Shown here piece after piece: positions 1 through 10,276 of a stretch of 33,640 bases of DNA (position 1 is the first letter of the stretch; each line of letters starts with the position of its first letter). The translations under genes were made by a program, and so were the position numbers. Origin of the DNA: Catajapyx aquilonaris (taxonomy: Eukaryota); contig JYFJ02004251.1 in assembly GCA_000934665.2 (NCBI GenBank), positions 1 through 33,640 of the forward strand. Reading direction: 5' to 3'. A model generated the notes under the pieces. The model searched no databases. It was not told where the DNA came from and saw nothing but the letters and a program-made list of their open reading frames with translations.

Positions 1-1267
1 GCCAATGATGAGCGAATTTGATCCAGTCTCCATCGTGTTCTCCTTGTGTCCTAATGTAATACCACCTCCTGTCCTATATATGCGACACATGACAGACGAC
101 CAGTGGCCATATAGATCAAAGCGCACCCCCATACATCAGCCTTAATTCCATCTGTCACTGGATTAATTGAGTACTTAACAGGCACCAAGTGCTAAGGGTA
201 TGCCTTTTGCTCTCCAGAGTCGCCCTTCCCACTCAGCACAACATTTCCTACTGTTCTATTACACTTTTACGGCCCCACGCCTGAGGGAGAGGACGGGGTG
301 TTGGGGGAACAACCTACGAAATCTCCTTGGGACTAACTCACTACGACCTAGGGAGAACTGGGTCGAAGGACTTTCCCTTGCCTTGCCTGATGCTATATAC
401 TTTTTCCAAACCCCCCCGGTGCAAACGAGAAAAATTAAATTATTCCTGCGCGTTTCGGTAAAGAAGAAATAACGCGAAACTGCATTTACAAAGTTACTCC
501 TGCCTCACAAACTGCTGTACGCTGTAATTTACGCCAGGCTAGAAAACTGGAGCAGCGCTTTATGAATATACTTGAAGACGGTACCCAGCACGGGTCATCA
601 AGAGTTATGTAAATCACTTACGTTTGTATTTTCTTGCTGAAGTGGATTAGGCTATCAGTGCGCATCCGCTCCTTCACAAAAGAATGGCTCTCGTTATTAC
701 CCGCCTTCGACTTGGGAGGAGGCCTGAAAGCGAGTCGTTTCTGCCTCACATCCCCCAATAGTGCGGCAGGCCTATCAATCAACCGTTAGAGGAAAACCCT
801 AGGAAACCTATACTTCAAAGACGACGTGTGTATAGTACAGCGTACAGGCACAAAAAAAAAGGACTCCAGAAGAATGCAAATGCCTTTCCAAGGAGTCACT
901 CGATAGTAGCGTGCAGGTGAACAGTTCTCAAGTAGTCAATAGTCCGATAACTTCATTTTCAACTAGGATGTCAGACACCAGCTCTCAACTTCAGACCACT
1001 ATCAATATTTACAAGCCTGCTCGTAATTTCCTCAAATTAATTTTTCCAGCTCATCAGACCAGCAGCACAAACTCTTAAGTTCTAATCCCCACCCCCTAGA
1101 AACTTCTTGGGAGAGTCTCAACACGTCCTTTGGCGTCTCCCCCCATTTCCTCATTATTGCAGGACTTAACTCGTCATCTATTCTCCGTGCAGCATCGCAC
1201 CCGCCACTATTCCCTTTAGCTGGGGTCTCCCAATTACAGCTTCCTTCCTCCCTTTTAATCGTTTCAG

Positions 1268-1554
1268 CTGGCTACAGCAAGGCCTTCCTCATGTTGTCCC
1301 GCAAGACCCCGGTGGAATTGGCTCGTCGGAGGTTCCCGAGGCCCACGGAGAAGAGACTTCGTAAGGCCCTGAAGAACTCGCTGTCCTTCCTAATTGTGCG
1401 GCATCCCTTCGAGAGACTGTTGTCCGCCTATAGGGACAAGTACGAGAGTGTGCGGTACTACTTCTACCGCAACATCAGCCGTGCCATAGTGTCCAGGTAT
1501 CGTACCACGGCCAAACCGGAACTCATCACTGATTCGGCCGGGAAGCCCAAGCAG
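1268..1554 (+). CDS. Carbohydrate sulfotransferase (Sulfotransfer_2 / CHST8-14-like), penultimate coding exon
   Basis: Pyrimidine tract and tttcag acceptor ending 1267; CAG|gtacgc donor at 1555. Translation (A)GYSKAFLMLSRKTPVELARRRFPRP...FLIVRHPFERLLSAYRDK contains the 3'-phosphate-binding motif typical of HNK-1ST/CHST enzymes. The upstream exon with the 5'-PSB motif was not found in the window. Confidence 0.9.
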
Positions 1555-1616
1555 GTACGCTGGACAATTTCCCGAATCGGTACAGTACAGTGTTCACCAT
1601 TCTGGCTTTTTCACAG

Positions 1617-2018
1617 ATGCGGTACAAGTTCCTGGGCCCCTGGAACGACGGTGGTCCCACGTTCGACGAATTCGCCAGGTACGTGGTGGACATCTGGCGT
1701 CGCAACCAGACATTCGACGAGCATTGGGCCCCATACTACCGCTTCTGCACGCCCTGTCAGGTGAACTTCACAGTGGTGGCACACCTGGAGACCCTCCCTC
1801 GCGACCAGAACTACATCGTGGACAGAGCCGGACTCAGGAGCATCATCCAACCAAGGAGGATCAACCGCGCCAAGGGAGCGCCCACCTCCAAAGTCGAAGC
1901 CCGTTACTTTGCTCAGCTAGACCGAAACTTGTTAAAGCAGTTGTACGAAGTGTACCGGATCGACTTTGAAATGTTCGGTTACAACGCTACCAAATACTTT
2001 AACTACCTACAGCAGTGA
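1617..2018 (+). CDS. Carbohydrate sulfotransferase, last coding exon
   Basis: 62-nt phase-0 intron 1555-1616 (gtacgc...ttttcacag) joins it in frame. PTFDEF, DEHWAPYYRFCTPC and LYEVYRIDFEMFGY match family C-terminal motifs. TGA stop ends at 2018. Confidence 0.92.
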   Translation: MRYKFLGPWNDGGPTFDEFARYVVDIWRRNQTFDEHWAPYYRFCTPCQVNFTVVAHLETLPRDQNYIVDRAGLRSIIQPRRINRAKGAPTSKVEARYFAQLDRNLLKQLYEVYRIDFEMFGYNATKYFNYLQQ

Positions 2019-2160
2019 AATTGATCAAATACTTTGTTCCGGATATGACGATCAAGTGCCAAGTCAATTGTTACGCGTTATGTACACAACACCCCCGCAA
2101 CAATTCTACAGTTTTATAGATCTACACTCACTTGTATACTTCAACTTGACTGTGTATAAA

Positions 2161-2166
2161 AATAAA
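2161..2166 (+). terminator. Probable polyadenylation signal of the sulfotransferase gene
   Basis: AATAAA about 140 nt after the stop codon, followed by T-rich sequence. Confidence 0.6.
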
Positions 2167-3202
2167 CAAAATTAAATCACCGAGTTTTAACAACTTTTAG
2201 TATGAAACTACCATATAAGCCCTACAGCCACAATATGCAAATTCCCACATCGGAAACTTACGCATGCAGCGCACAAATGAACGTGAAGCCAATGGGGTTG
2301 TTGGCACACATTGACACTGCCGCCTAATTGGTAAGATAGTCCTGTTGCCTGACTCTACTCCCAAAAATTATAATCACAGCCATGTCAACCCCCCTGTTTC
2401 AGTACAACACCGTGCACCGGTGTACAAAAAGCCTTATTTTCCCTGCATGGCGGGCGTTTACAGTGCACACTTTTCATCTGCAAAGTTCGCACTGCTCAAA
2501 AAGAACAAGCGAAAAAAAAGTCCTTTTTCACTTCAAAGACCTCTTTTTCTGCGCAGTAAAAATTTACAATCATCCGGTCCCAGCTCTTCAAAGGAAATCA
2601 TTAGTCCACACCTTATATGCGACTCTTCTATAGACTCTCGTTCACATTTTTATAGGCTAGTCTAAGGCAATTTCCTGCACTCCTTAACAGGGGATGGCAA
2701 AAAAAAAACACACGGTTTCAATAGCATTTCTCATGCGATCTGACCTCACAAGGTATGGCACCCATGAACCTACCCCCCCAAAAAAGTGCTAATGACCCCC
2801 CCCNCCCCCCCCCCCCCCTACGAAGTAACTCATTCATTATGAAGGGATGTACTGCACCGACACACCACCGTTGTCAAGGAACGTGTTTCCACAATACCGG
2901 TACATATTAATAATAGAGCGGGACTGGGTACAGTTTGTGGCATCAACAATGCATGACCATCGCTCTGGGTAATTGAATGGTGCGGGAGGCCCTCCGATAC
3001 GTGGCTAAAGGCGTAATTACTGGAGCGGGCAAATGCGTTCCAAATATATAGGCTCATTTCAAGAATTTTATGCCGATGTTGAGCGGATGCGACGTTGAGT
3101 GAGATGAAGTCATTTCGTGGCACACCCTGTACTTTGAAAGCTACGGAGTCAATTGGCATGCCTGGCTATATTTTCACGCAAATTGGCGTGCAAGAATGGA
3201 CG

Positions 3203-3389
3203 TACAGGGTATCTCATTACATTGCAAGCAGATGGTTACGAGTGATATTACGAATTGTTAACCCCAGCAACTTGTTACAAATAAGAAACATGCGTACAGA
3301 ACAATCAGCTAATTTCAATTGTTGTGACGGAAATGGCCAATCGATTCCTTCTTCTTGATCAGGAACATTGGGCAATGAGCCACCCTGTA
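3203..3389. mobile_element. Tc1/mariner-type MITE (~183 bp plus TA flanks)
   Basis: Left end TA-CAGGGTATCTCATT and right end AATGAGCCACCCTG-TA form imperfect terminal inverted repeats with TA on both sides. No coding capacity. Confidence 0.65.
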
Positions 3390-3878
3390 CCAAGATCTAA
3401 AGCTAGCATGTTAACTTACAAAACCCTCATTAGCCACACCGACAGTTCAATTACACGGAAGTCCTGCTGTGTTTATTAACTAGAAATACTAAAAGCACGC
3501 TCTGTCTGATACGAAATATTGGGCACCTGCAAATTTTGGAACCGTCGCGCAAAAGCACTTCAACAAGCAAAAACAATCCGTACTTCCCTATATTTCGTAA
3601 GGTTGATGGACTGAAAGGATTTTTATGGGCCGCAAAAGCAACACGTCAAAACTGTGCCAGAACAAAAGCCTCAAGACTATAAACCTTGTCCAATAGAAGA
3701 AGGCTATAGCAGCTGTCTGCAAGAAAGCAAAAAAAACCCAAAACAGAAGGATAAGCATCAAACTTTCAAGAGTGCCCAGGTTGCACTTAGTAAAAGAGGA
3801 TTTTGTTGCACTTACAAGCACATAGTGTATTTTACAACAAAACTGATTTTTCCCATGAATATTTTAGGGGGGGAAAAA

Positions 3879-4117
3879 TTGGGCTGCTATAAAATTACTC
3901 CATAGCCATAGTGTAATTTCAGTAAAGTTGCTCCACAGAACTTATATTGGCAGCCACCGGCAAGTACATTACTTATTAACGGCAAGTAATTTTTGCCTCA
4001 CCCTGCACTCTCTAAACTTCTCATAATTAGGCACTCGACCTGCCACCGTCCAATATGAATGCAGGCAAAGTAACAAGCCTGCCGGTACAAGTTACACAAA
4101 AGTTATGGCAGTCCCAA
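3879..4117. mobile_element. Possible degenerate MITE
   Basis: Imperfect inverted ends TTGGGCTGCTATAA / TTATGGCAGTCCCAA and internal repeats of CGGCAAGTA. No clear target-site duplication. Confidence 0.3.
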
Positions 4118-4620
4118 GGGGGGGTGGAGCGGCTGAAGGGTGGGAGGGGGGGGGGGGTGTCACAAGTTCATTTCTCTCCTGGAAAACCCCCTCAAAGCAA
4201 AAGTCCCTCTGAAGTGCTGTCCATCCCTTCCCATTCCACTCCACCATTTGCAAAAGGGGGCGCCCGCCGTGTGATTAATAATCCTGAGGCCATGGTCCTG
4301 CTACGGCTACAAAACGCTTTGGGAAAGGGAGGGAAGGGCTTGTCTCCATACCCCCCTCCATACCACCCCCATTCTCTCTTAATTGCGTGCTTACGGGGCG
4401 TTAATTAAGCAAGGCCCTTGTAATATCCCTCCCCTTACACTGTACCTCAAAATAAAAATGTGTATTTCACTTGGTTGCCGTGCACTCACTTTGCCACGGC
4501 ACTCTGGCTCAAAGTTAGGGGACGGCAAGTGGACCGTTTTCATCCCGGTTCCATGTAATTTCCAGGGGCATGCGAGGTCGTGCAAAACATGCCGGACTGG
4601 GGAGAAAAAGTCTCACTTAC

Positions 4621-4735
4621 TGGACAGCACGGTGAGGAGGAAGATGTAGTCGGAGAATGATATCAATCCGGCACTGCCCAGCTTGTAAAAAATGCTGTCC
4701 TCATCCAGTGCCAGCTCCAGTTTCTCCCTAGGGTT
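4621..4735 (-). CDS. MICU1: MICU1 coding exon ([38 protein letters not shown])
   Basis: ttttcag acceptor and gtaagt donor on -. 115 nt, phase 0 to 1. Closely matches human [28 protein letters not shown]. Not in the ORF track. Confidence 0.95.
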
Positions 4736-5753
4736 CTGAAAACATTTGGGAGTGGTTCAAGAAATTAGCTGCTGCCGTTTTACACTCGCAGTCTAAGTGC
4801 TAAGAGCCATTCCTTTCTTTGCTACCAGGCGATATAATTATAGGGGGAGTTGGTTATTAAAAATCCTACTCTGGTACTACTGCTAATTGCCTCATGCAAT
4901 TTCACTCGTCTGATACCAGGTCGATATGCCACTAAAACTTTTATTATCCACAAAAAAATGATGAGTGGCTGCAAAAAACTTTGGCTACATGCCCTAAGAA
5001 GCTCAGCTATGAGTTGCAGTAAAGTCAGATCGACTCATTATATTTTTAATAATTCCACGACGCTACTGCACGTTACAGATTTTTATGTCCACATCGCCAA
5101 GTCGTAATGTACCAGTAACTGTGAGATACCTGTCATTGAAAGAAATGGTCGTGTCATTAGCGAGGAAGTGCTATATTTGGCATTTTATAACATATCTGTG
5201 CTGCATGTGTGTGTCATTAGCCTTAGCCTATTTTAAAGTGATTTCGTGTGTATCAGAAATAAAAAGAATGAATCATGACCCTGGAATAAGTGAATTTGCA
5301 TATATTAATTCTGGAAAGCAACAGAATTAAACTCCAAAAATGTGTTTTAATCATCAAAAAAGATGCCAAATTAGATATGCATAGTCATTGATGACTCAGT
5401 AATAACATTCCAGGAGTTGATTCACTGTGCATGAACTTTGTACATGAGAGGCTATTGCACTTCTGGCACAGGTGTGCACCAGGCATGGAAAAATAAATAA
5501 ATAAATATGGTCATTATAACTCCATACATAATACTGCTGTGAATAACAAAAACAATAGTCACTTTTCCTACCAATACAATGAATAGTATAAATCTCCTCC
5601 ATAAGTGCATGTGACGTGTGTGTTAAAAAACCAAAAAATGCAAGGAACTTGTAAGTCATGGTGCTGAGCCGACTTTGGTTCCTTTTTGAAATATCATGGC
5701 ATCCGTGCACATGCATAGTCACCCAGGAGTCATACGTGCAATGGGAGAAGAGT

Positions 5754-5797
5754 AGAGAGATAGAGATAGATAGAGAAAGAGTGAGAGAGAGAGAAAA
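5754..5797. repeat. Imperfect (GA)n tract, read as CU-rich on the MICU1 pre-mRNA
   Basis: agagagatagagatagatagagaaagagtgagagagagagaaaa, immediately downstream (on -) of the candidate micro-exon. Confidence 0.8.
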
Positions 5798-5806
5798 GGT
5801 ATGTAC

Positions 5807-5818
5807 CTCTCCATTGCT
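5807..5818 (-). CDS. MICU1: Candidate 12-nt MICU1 micro-exon (SNGE)
   Basis: Minus strand reads ctattaatgtcctgtttgttctttgtcatttttgcag|AGC AAT GGA GAG|gtacat. Phase 0-0, matching the flanking exons, with no stop. Confidence 0.55.
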
Positions 5819-6310
5819 CTGCAAAAATGACAAAGAACAAACAGGACATTAATAGTTCAGTAAAAGTAGACACACTGTTTTCTTTTTTATCTTTTTTAAA
5901 AAGATATGTATGCGAAAAACGATGTTGAAGCCAGCACAGTTGCGTAATGGGCTTGCAACTGTGATGTATGATATTCAGCGAGCATAACATAGGGAAACGG
6001 GAGAGCAAAATATTGCAACATCAGCAATGTTAGTAAATGATTAGAAAGCTTGGGATATTAGGCACTGAAAATAAGAGGAAGTTTGGGACATACAAAAAAT
6101 CCCCAAAGCTCATGTGAAAACACAGGATAGTGGAGGACATGAAAGTTACAAACATGAGAAAAAAAAGGCTTGTAATAGTTTTCAATTGGAGGTATGTGTG
6201 TACGGGTCGACAGATATGGTACTCTACATGTGAGCCCAAGAGTGATTTACTGAGAGAGAAAGACTCTACTGTGAAATATGTAAGTTGATATGTATAGAGT
6301 TGAGGCTTAC

Positions 6311-6348
6311 CTTCGGATCATATCGCTTGAACTGATCCAATCCCAGTC
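6311..6348 (-). CDS. MICU1: MICU1 coding exon ((G)LGLDQFKRYDPK)
   Basis: ctctcttttag acceptor and AAG|gtaagc donor. 38 nt, phase 1 to 0. Matches human LGLDQYIIKRFDGK. Confidence 0.93.
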
Positions 6349-7877
6349 CTAAAAGAGAGAGCAACAGAATTAAAAACAGAGTCCCACATTTTTATTTTGG
6401 GGAATAAGTACACATCTTAGCCAGCTGGGTTAAAAGCAAAATAATACTACACACAGCACATATACCCAAAGCCACCATTTGGCATATGACACAAAAATGA
6501 CAGAAAAATGACACATAGCTTGACAGTACAGGCTTACATGGAGTCAAAAAATCATGCCTTCACAAAAATAAGGGCAAAGAAGCTATCACTTTCACTGTCT
6601 CTGTTAGCTGTTGGATAGAATTTTTGCAAAAAACTTCCATGCAGAAAAAAGGACACTTAGAAATGACTGCAAAAAATCTATGGCACTGAAAAACATTGCT
6701 TCTCAATGTCACAGATGGAATTCAGTAGAAATTGGCTAATTATTGAATTAACATGTTTTTGTCTTAAAATGTGATGTCCCTGTCCTATGCAGACCTTTTT
6801 AAAAATTTTTATGAATTTATATAGAAAGTATGTCAAAATTATTAATCTTTCCAGAGGCACATTTTTATGCAAGGCGCGGACAACACAGCAATGAGAAATC
6901 ATTAATTACTATTGAATATCTGCAAGATACTGAAATAGCATGTTACCATGTAACACTGCCGTATCCTTGCTTAATAATCAAACATCAGGTGATAAATATT
7001 CAAGTGCACTGCCACGGTGCAGCCCTGAAATTAGGCCATGCCTGAGCATGGAAAAGACTTTCTTGGGTTTAAACGTACAACATTACTGCAGCAACATTTG
7101 GTGCTAGATTCAGCAGCATATGAAAGGTCTTCGAATAAGGCCCTTTAAAAATTATACTTGCTGAACAGTTCATTGAAGAGTCGACTTTAAAGCTTAATAA
7201 ACTGAATAGCAAACGAGCCAAATTCAGGAAATAAAATGACTTGTACAGTAGCACGAATGCTCTTTGCTGCAGGTAATAAGGTACAGTATCCCGTTCCTTT
7301 TGTTCCAGGTTTATATTTATATGCATTCTTTCTGGTGTCCAAAACACTAACTCGGAACTGTAAGTTTAATACCAAGAAGATAATTCTGTATGTTGGGCCA
7401 AGACTAACAGGCAGCATGGCAAATACTGAGGTCAAAAAAGTGTTAACTTTACTCAGTAAACCGTGCTAGATCCCTGCAGGTCTCAAACTTTCATTCCGTT
7501 ACACTGTGTGCGCTTCTGAAATTGTGCAGTAGATCTCTCGATTTCTAAATGATGATTACCAGTTCACGTGTTGTGATTTGTATTAAAATTCTGTCGTTAC
7601 TTACTGTTCATGCAATTTTATTTCTCACATCATTAGTTTAAAAAAAGTGGAGATGAGAAAACATTTTACAGTCAACTACTTCCAAACAGTACTTAGGACT
7701 GCTACTTCCAAACAAACAGTACAACTCTGTCTTAGGACTTCACGTGACTTTACTACACCTGATTTGGGATTGCCTCAAGCATTATTTTGTTATCAATATT
7801 AGCCAAGTTTCACTATATAGCTATATGCAGGCCATAACAAGAGGAAACAACATGGAACATCTGTGCTTGACTGTTAC

Positions 7878-8040
7878 CCTCTGGCTGCTTAAGACCTGGA
7901 GTCATGGATCGCAAGAAATCATCAGGAGTCATGAACACTTCATTTTCGCCATTTGGATGCAGGGTTTGCAACGTTGCAAAATATCGGAACACTTTATCTG
8001 GGGTGGAATACTGCCGGATGCGGTTTTCGTACTCGATTAT
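7878..8040 (-). CDS. MICU1: MICU1 mutually exclusive exon B ([54 protein letters not shown])
   Basis: ctaacag acceptor and G|gtaaca donor. 163 nt, phase 0 to 1, open frame. Homologous to human [24 protein letters not shown]. Absent from the ORF track. Confidence 0.94.
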
Positions 8041-8652
8041 CTGTTAGTTGGGAGACAGTAAATGTTGGGAGAAAAAAAAAAATTCAGGGGAAAAAAAGGT
8101 TTGAAGTAAATGTCATGAGTGTCACAAAATGCATCACAAATTGTTGAAATCAATGCAGTAACACTGGACCTGAGGTAAGGCCACACATATTCATATTCAC
8201 ACGGATTTGCATCCCTGCATCGCTTGCATTTTGGAGGGAAAAAACATATGGGATATAAGCAATACAATTGAGGATTTATATTTTTATGTAATTAAAGCAA
8301 TACAGTAAGAACACACCTGTTGTTAGCAGTTTACAAATATCCATGAAGCAAGAGTTGGCAGTAACCATGAAATTTTTGGAATATTTTCGTGGCAACATAA
8401 TACGTGAGCATGTCCATACAAAAATTAAAACCTACATACTGCAAATTCAATTCATTCTAAATTTATCCCCGCACTCATTTTAAAAAGGTCAACACTTCCC
8501 AATATCCGTCCTGTGTATAAATTCACAAAATCCTCAATTATTTAAGTGGGGAGAAAATTCTCACTGACATGTTAAAGCACACACAACCCTGGTGCTCCAA
8601 TAATAAAACGTCACTGCACTTTCCAAAAACAAATATGAACATGTGTGCTTAC

Positions 8653-8815
8653 CCACAGGCTGCATCATCCCAGGTGTAATTGATGTGAGGAGGTCAATTG
8701 GAGTCATGAACACTTCCGTCATCCCATTTTTAGCAATCACTTTGTAGGTTGCAAAATAACGAAATATCTTGTCAGGTGTGGAATAATTCCTCAGCCTGTT
8801 TTCATACTCGATTAT
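8653..8815 (-). CDS. MICU1: MICU1 mutually exclusive exon A ([54 protein letters not shown])
   Basis: ttccag acceptor and G|gtaagc donor. 163 nt, phase 0 to 1, same length and phases as exon B. Lies within ORF 8561..8845. Confidence 0.94.
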
Positions 8816-8936
8816 CTGGAATGTGTTGCAGCTTAACAAATGCAATTATGCTCATGTGACAAAATTACCTTGCAAAATGCCACAAAAAAACTCCAAACAA
8901 CCACAAATTATTTCATGCAGTATCTAGATTCAATTA

Positions 8937-9090
8937 TTATTCAAGAGCACAATAATTGCTCAGCTTGTTTTCATACTCAATTATCTGAAATGTGTTGCAG
9001 CGTAACGAATGCAATTACGATTACATTAAAAAAAACACTTTGCATACCACAATATCCACTAATTATTTCGTGCAGAACCTAATTCAATTA
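8937..9090 (-). pseudogene. Truncated tandem duplicate of the exon A acceptor and first 11 codons (pseudo-exon IIEYENKLSNYCALE*)
   Basis: 8951-9090 aligns by eye with 8782-8940. tttcag acceptor intact at 8985-8990; in-frame TAA at 8939-8937. Confidence 0.8.
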
Positions 9091-10276
9091 AGCTTCCTTT
9101 TGATTCTACATAAACAGGTGAGAAGTTCAGTTTCAAAGCAAGAACTCCAGTTAAACACATTTAAAGTAAAGCACTCGAATATGTTGGGCAATACTACATT
9201 GTTTAATGATTCCATTAATTTAATGCAACTGAGTGTATCAATTGTAGTTAATATTCATATTAGCTTTGATATTACTGTGCAAATTGTTGATGTATTACAT
9301 CATCACTAGTTTTCATGAGAGCCAAACACTGCAATCAAATTTCCCATGTAATATACATGCAACCCAGTAAAAATGACATGTATTTGCCCATCGTAACTTG
9401 ACTTCAAAGGGATGTCACTCTACCGGACTAAATATTTCAACAAGTTTGAATCAAATATCCTAAAAACAGTTTTGCAAAGCTCAGTCACATTTAAATTATC
9501 AACTAGTCCAAACACTGGGTGTTTCAAACTGAATGCTCTTACATTTAGTGGCACTTTTTGGGGTACTATCCCGCTTATTTATAAGAGGTTACTCTGTAGC
9601 TAAAAAGCAATGGCCGCCAATCAATCGCCTTCCCACTAATAGGCTTATTAATATGCCATTTTCGTCTGTCACGACCACACATGCTATTCCCATGTGTTCT
9701 GATCACTCCCTCAATGTCCAAAAGTGAGCTTATCTAATGCACTTAACTCTTTATCTTTTATGTGTGCAACAAGCATTGTAAATGTGCACCAATTTTACAG
9801 TGAGTGACATTGCAAACAGGTGAGCTCCCAGGATCATTGATGTTGAAAATACCATGAATGTCCTCGACCCTCTTCCAAAATCCTAACAGGATCCTAGTTT
9901 TGCAAGAAGGCTTGTGTAAATGTGATTCAAAAGCTCAATTTGAGGGGAGAACCAACAGTAGCAATATGTGCATTTGACATGGGGGAGAGTCAAAAATGTG
10001 GAAATTCAGTGTGACACACTTTATGGGTGTCCTCTAATTGCCATTTCATCATCTACTTATCATGACTTGATATTGATTTCATGACCTGGTTTCAAAATCT
10101 GCCCTCGAAACCTAGAAGATCTGGTCAAACATAAACACACCTCATCCTTCAGAGTGCTGGTAGCCTGAATTAAGGCATCGAGTAGGTAATTGGTGAAAAG
10201 AGTGGTGGGAAAGTAAATGTTATCTATACACCTCTGCAACTGATGTATTCTCCTGCACAGTCCTACATCCCAGACA

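Noticed and set aside
616..655. Minus-strand cag|15 nt|gtaagt as a further MICU1 exon
   Set aside because: It would encode TRKYK, which does not resemble the expected MICU1 continuation, and the acceptor is weak.
1291..1764. ORF-track 157-aa protein as a single CDS
   Set aside because: It reads through the 62-nt intron. Homology stops at 1554 and resumes in another frame at 1617.
2256..2345. Minus-strand gtaagt donor with an upstream open frame as the missing EF-hand exon
   Set aside because: The translation has no similarity to RxFEIAFxMFD or any MICU1 segment.
2796..2818. Poly-C tracts containing N (also near 20457 and 24413)
   Set aside because: Homopolymer sequencing or assembly ambiguity, not a biological signal.
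9512..10035. Possible Tc1-like remnant starting CTGGGTGTTTCAAA
   Set aside because: No matching second TIR or convincing transposase motif could be read.
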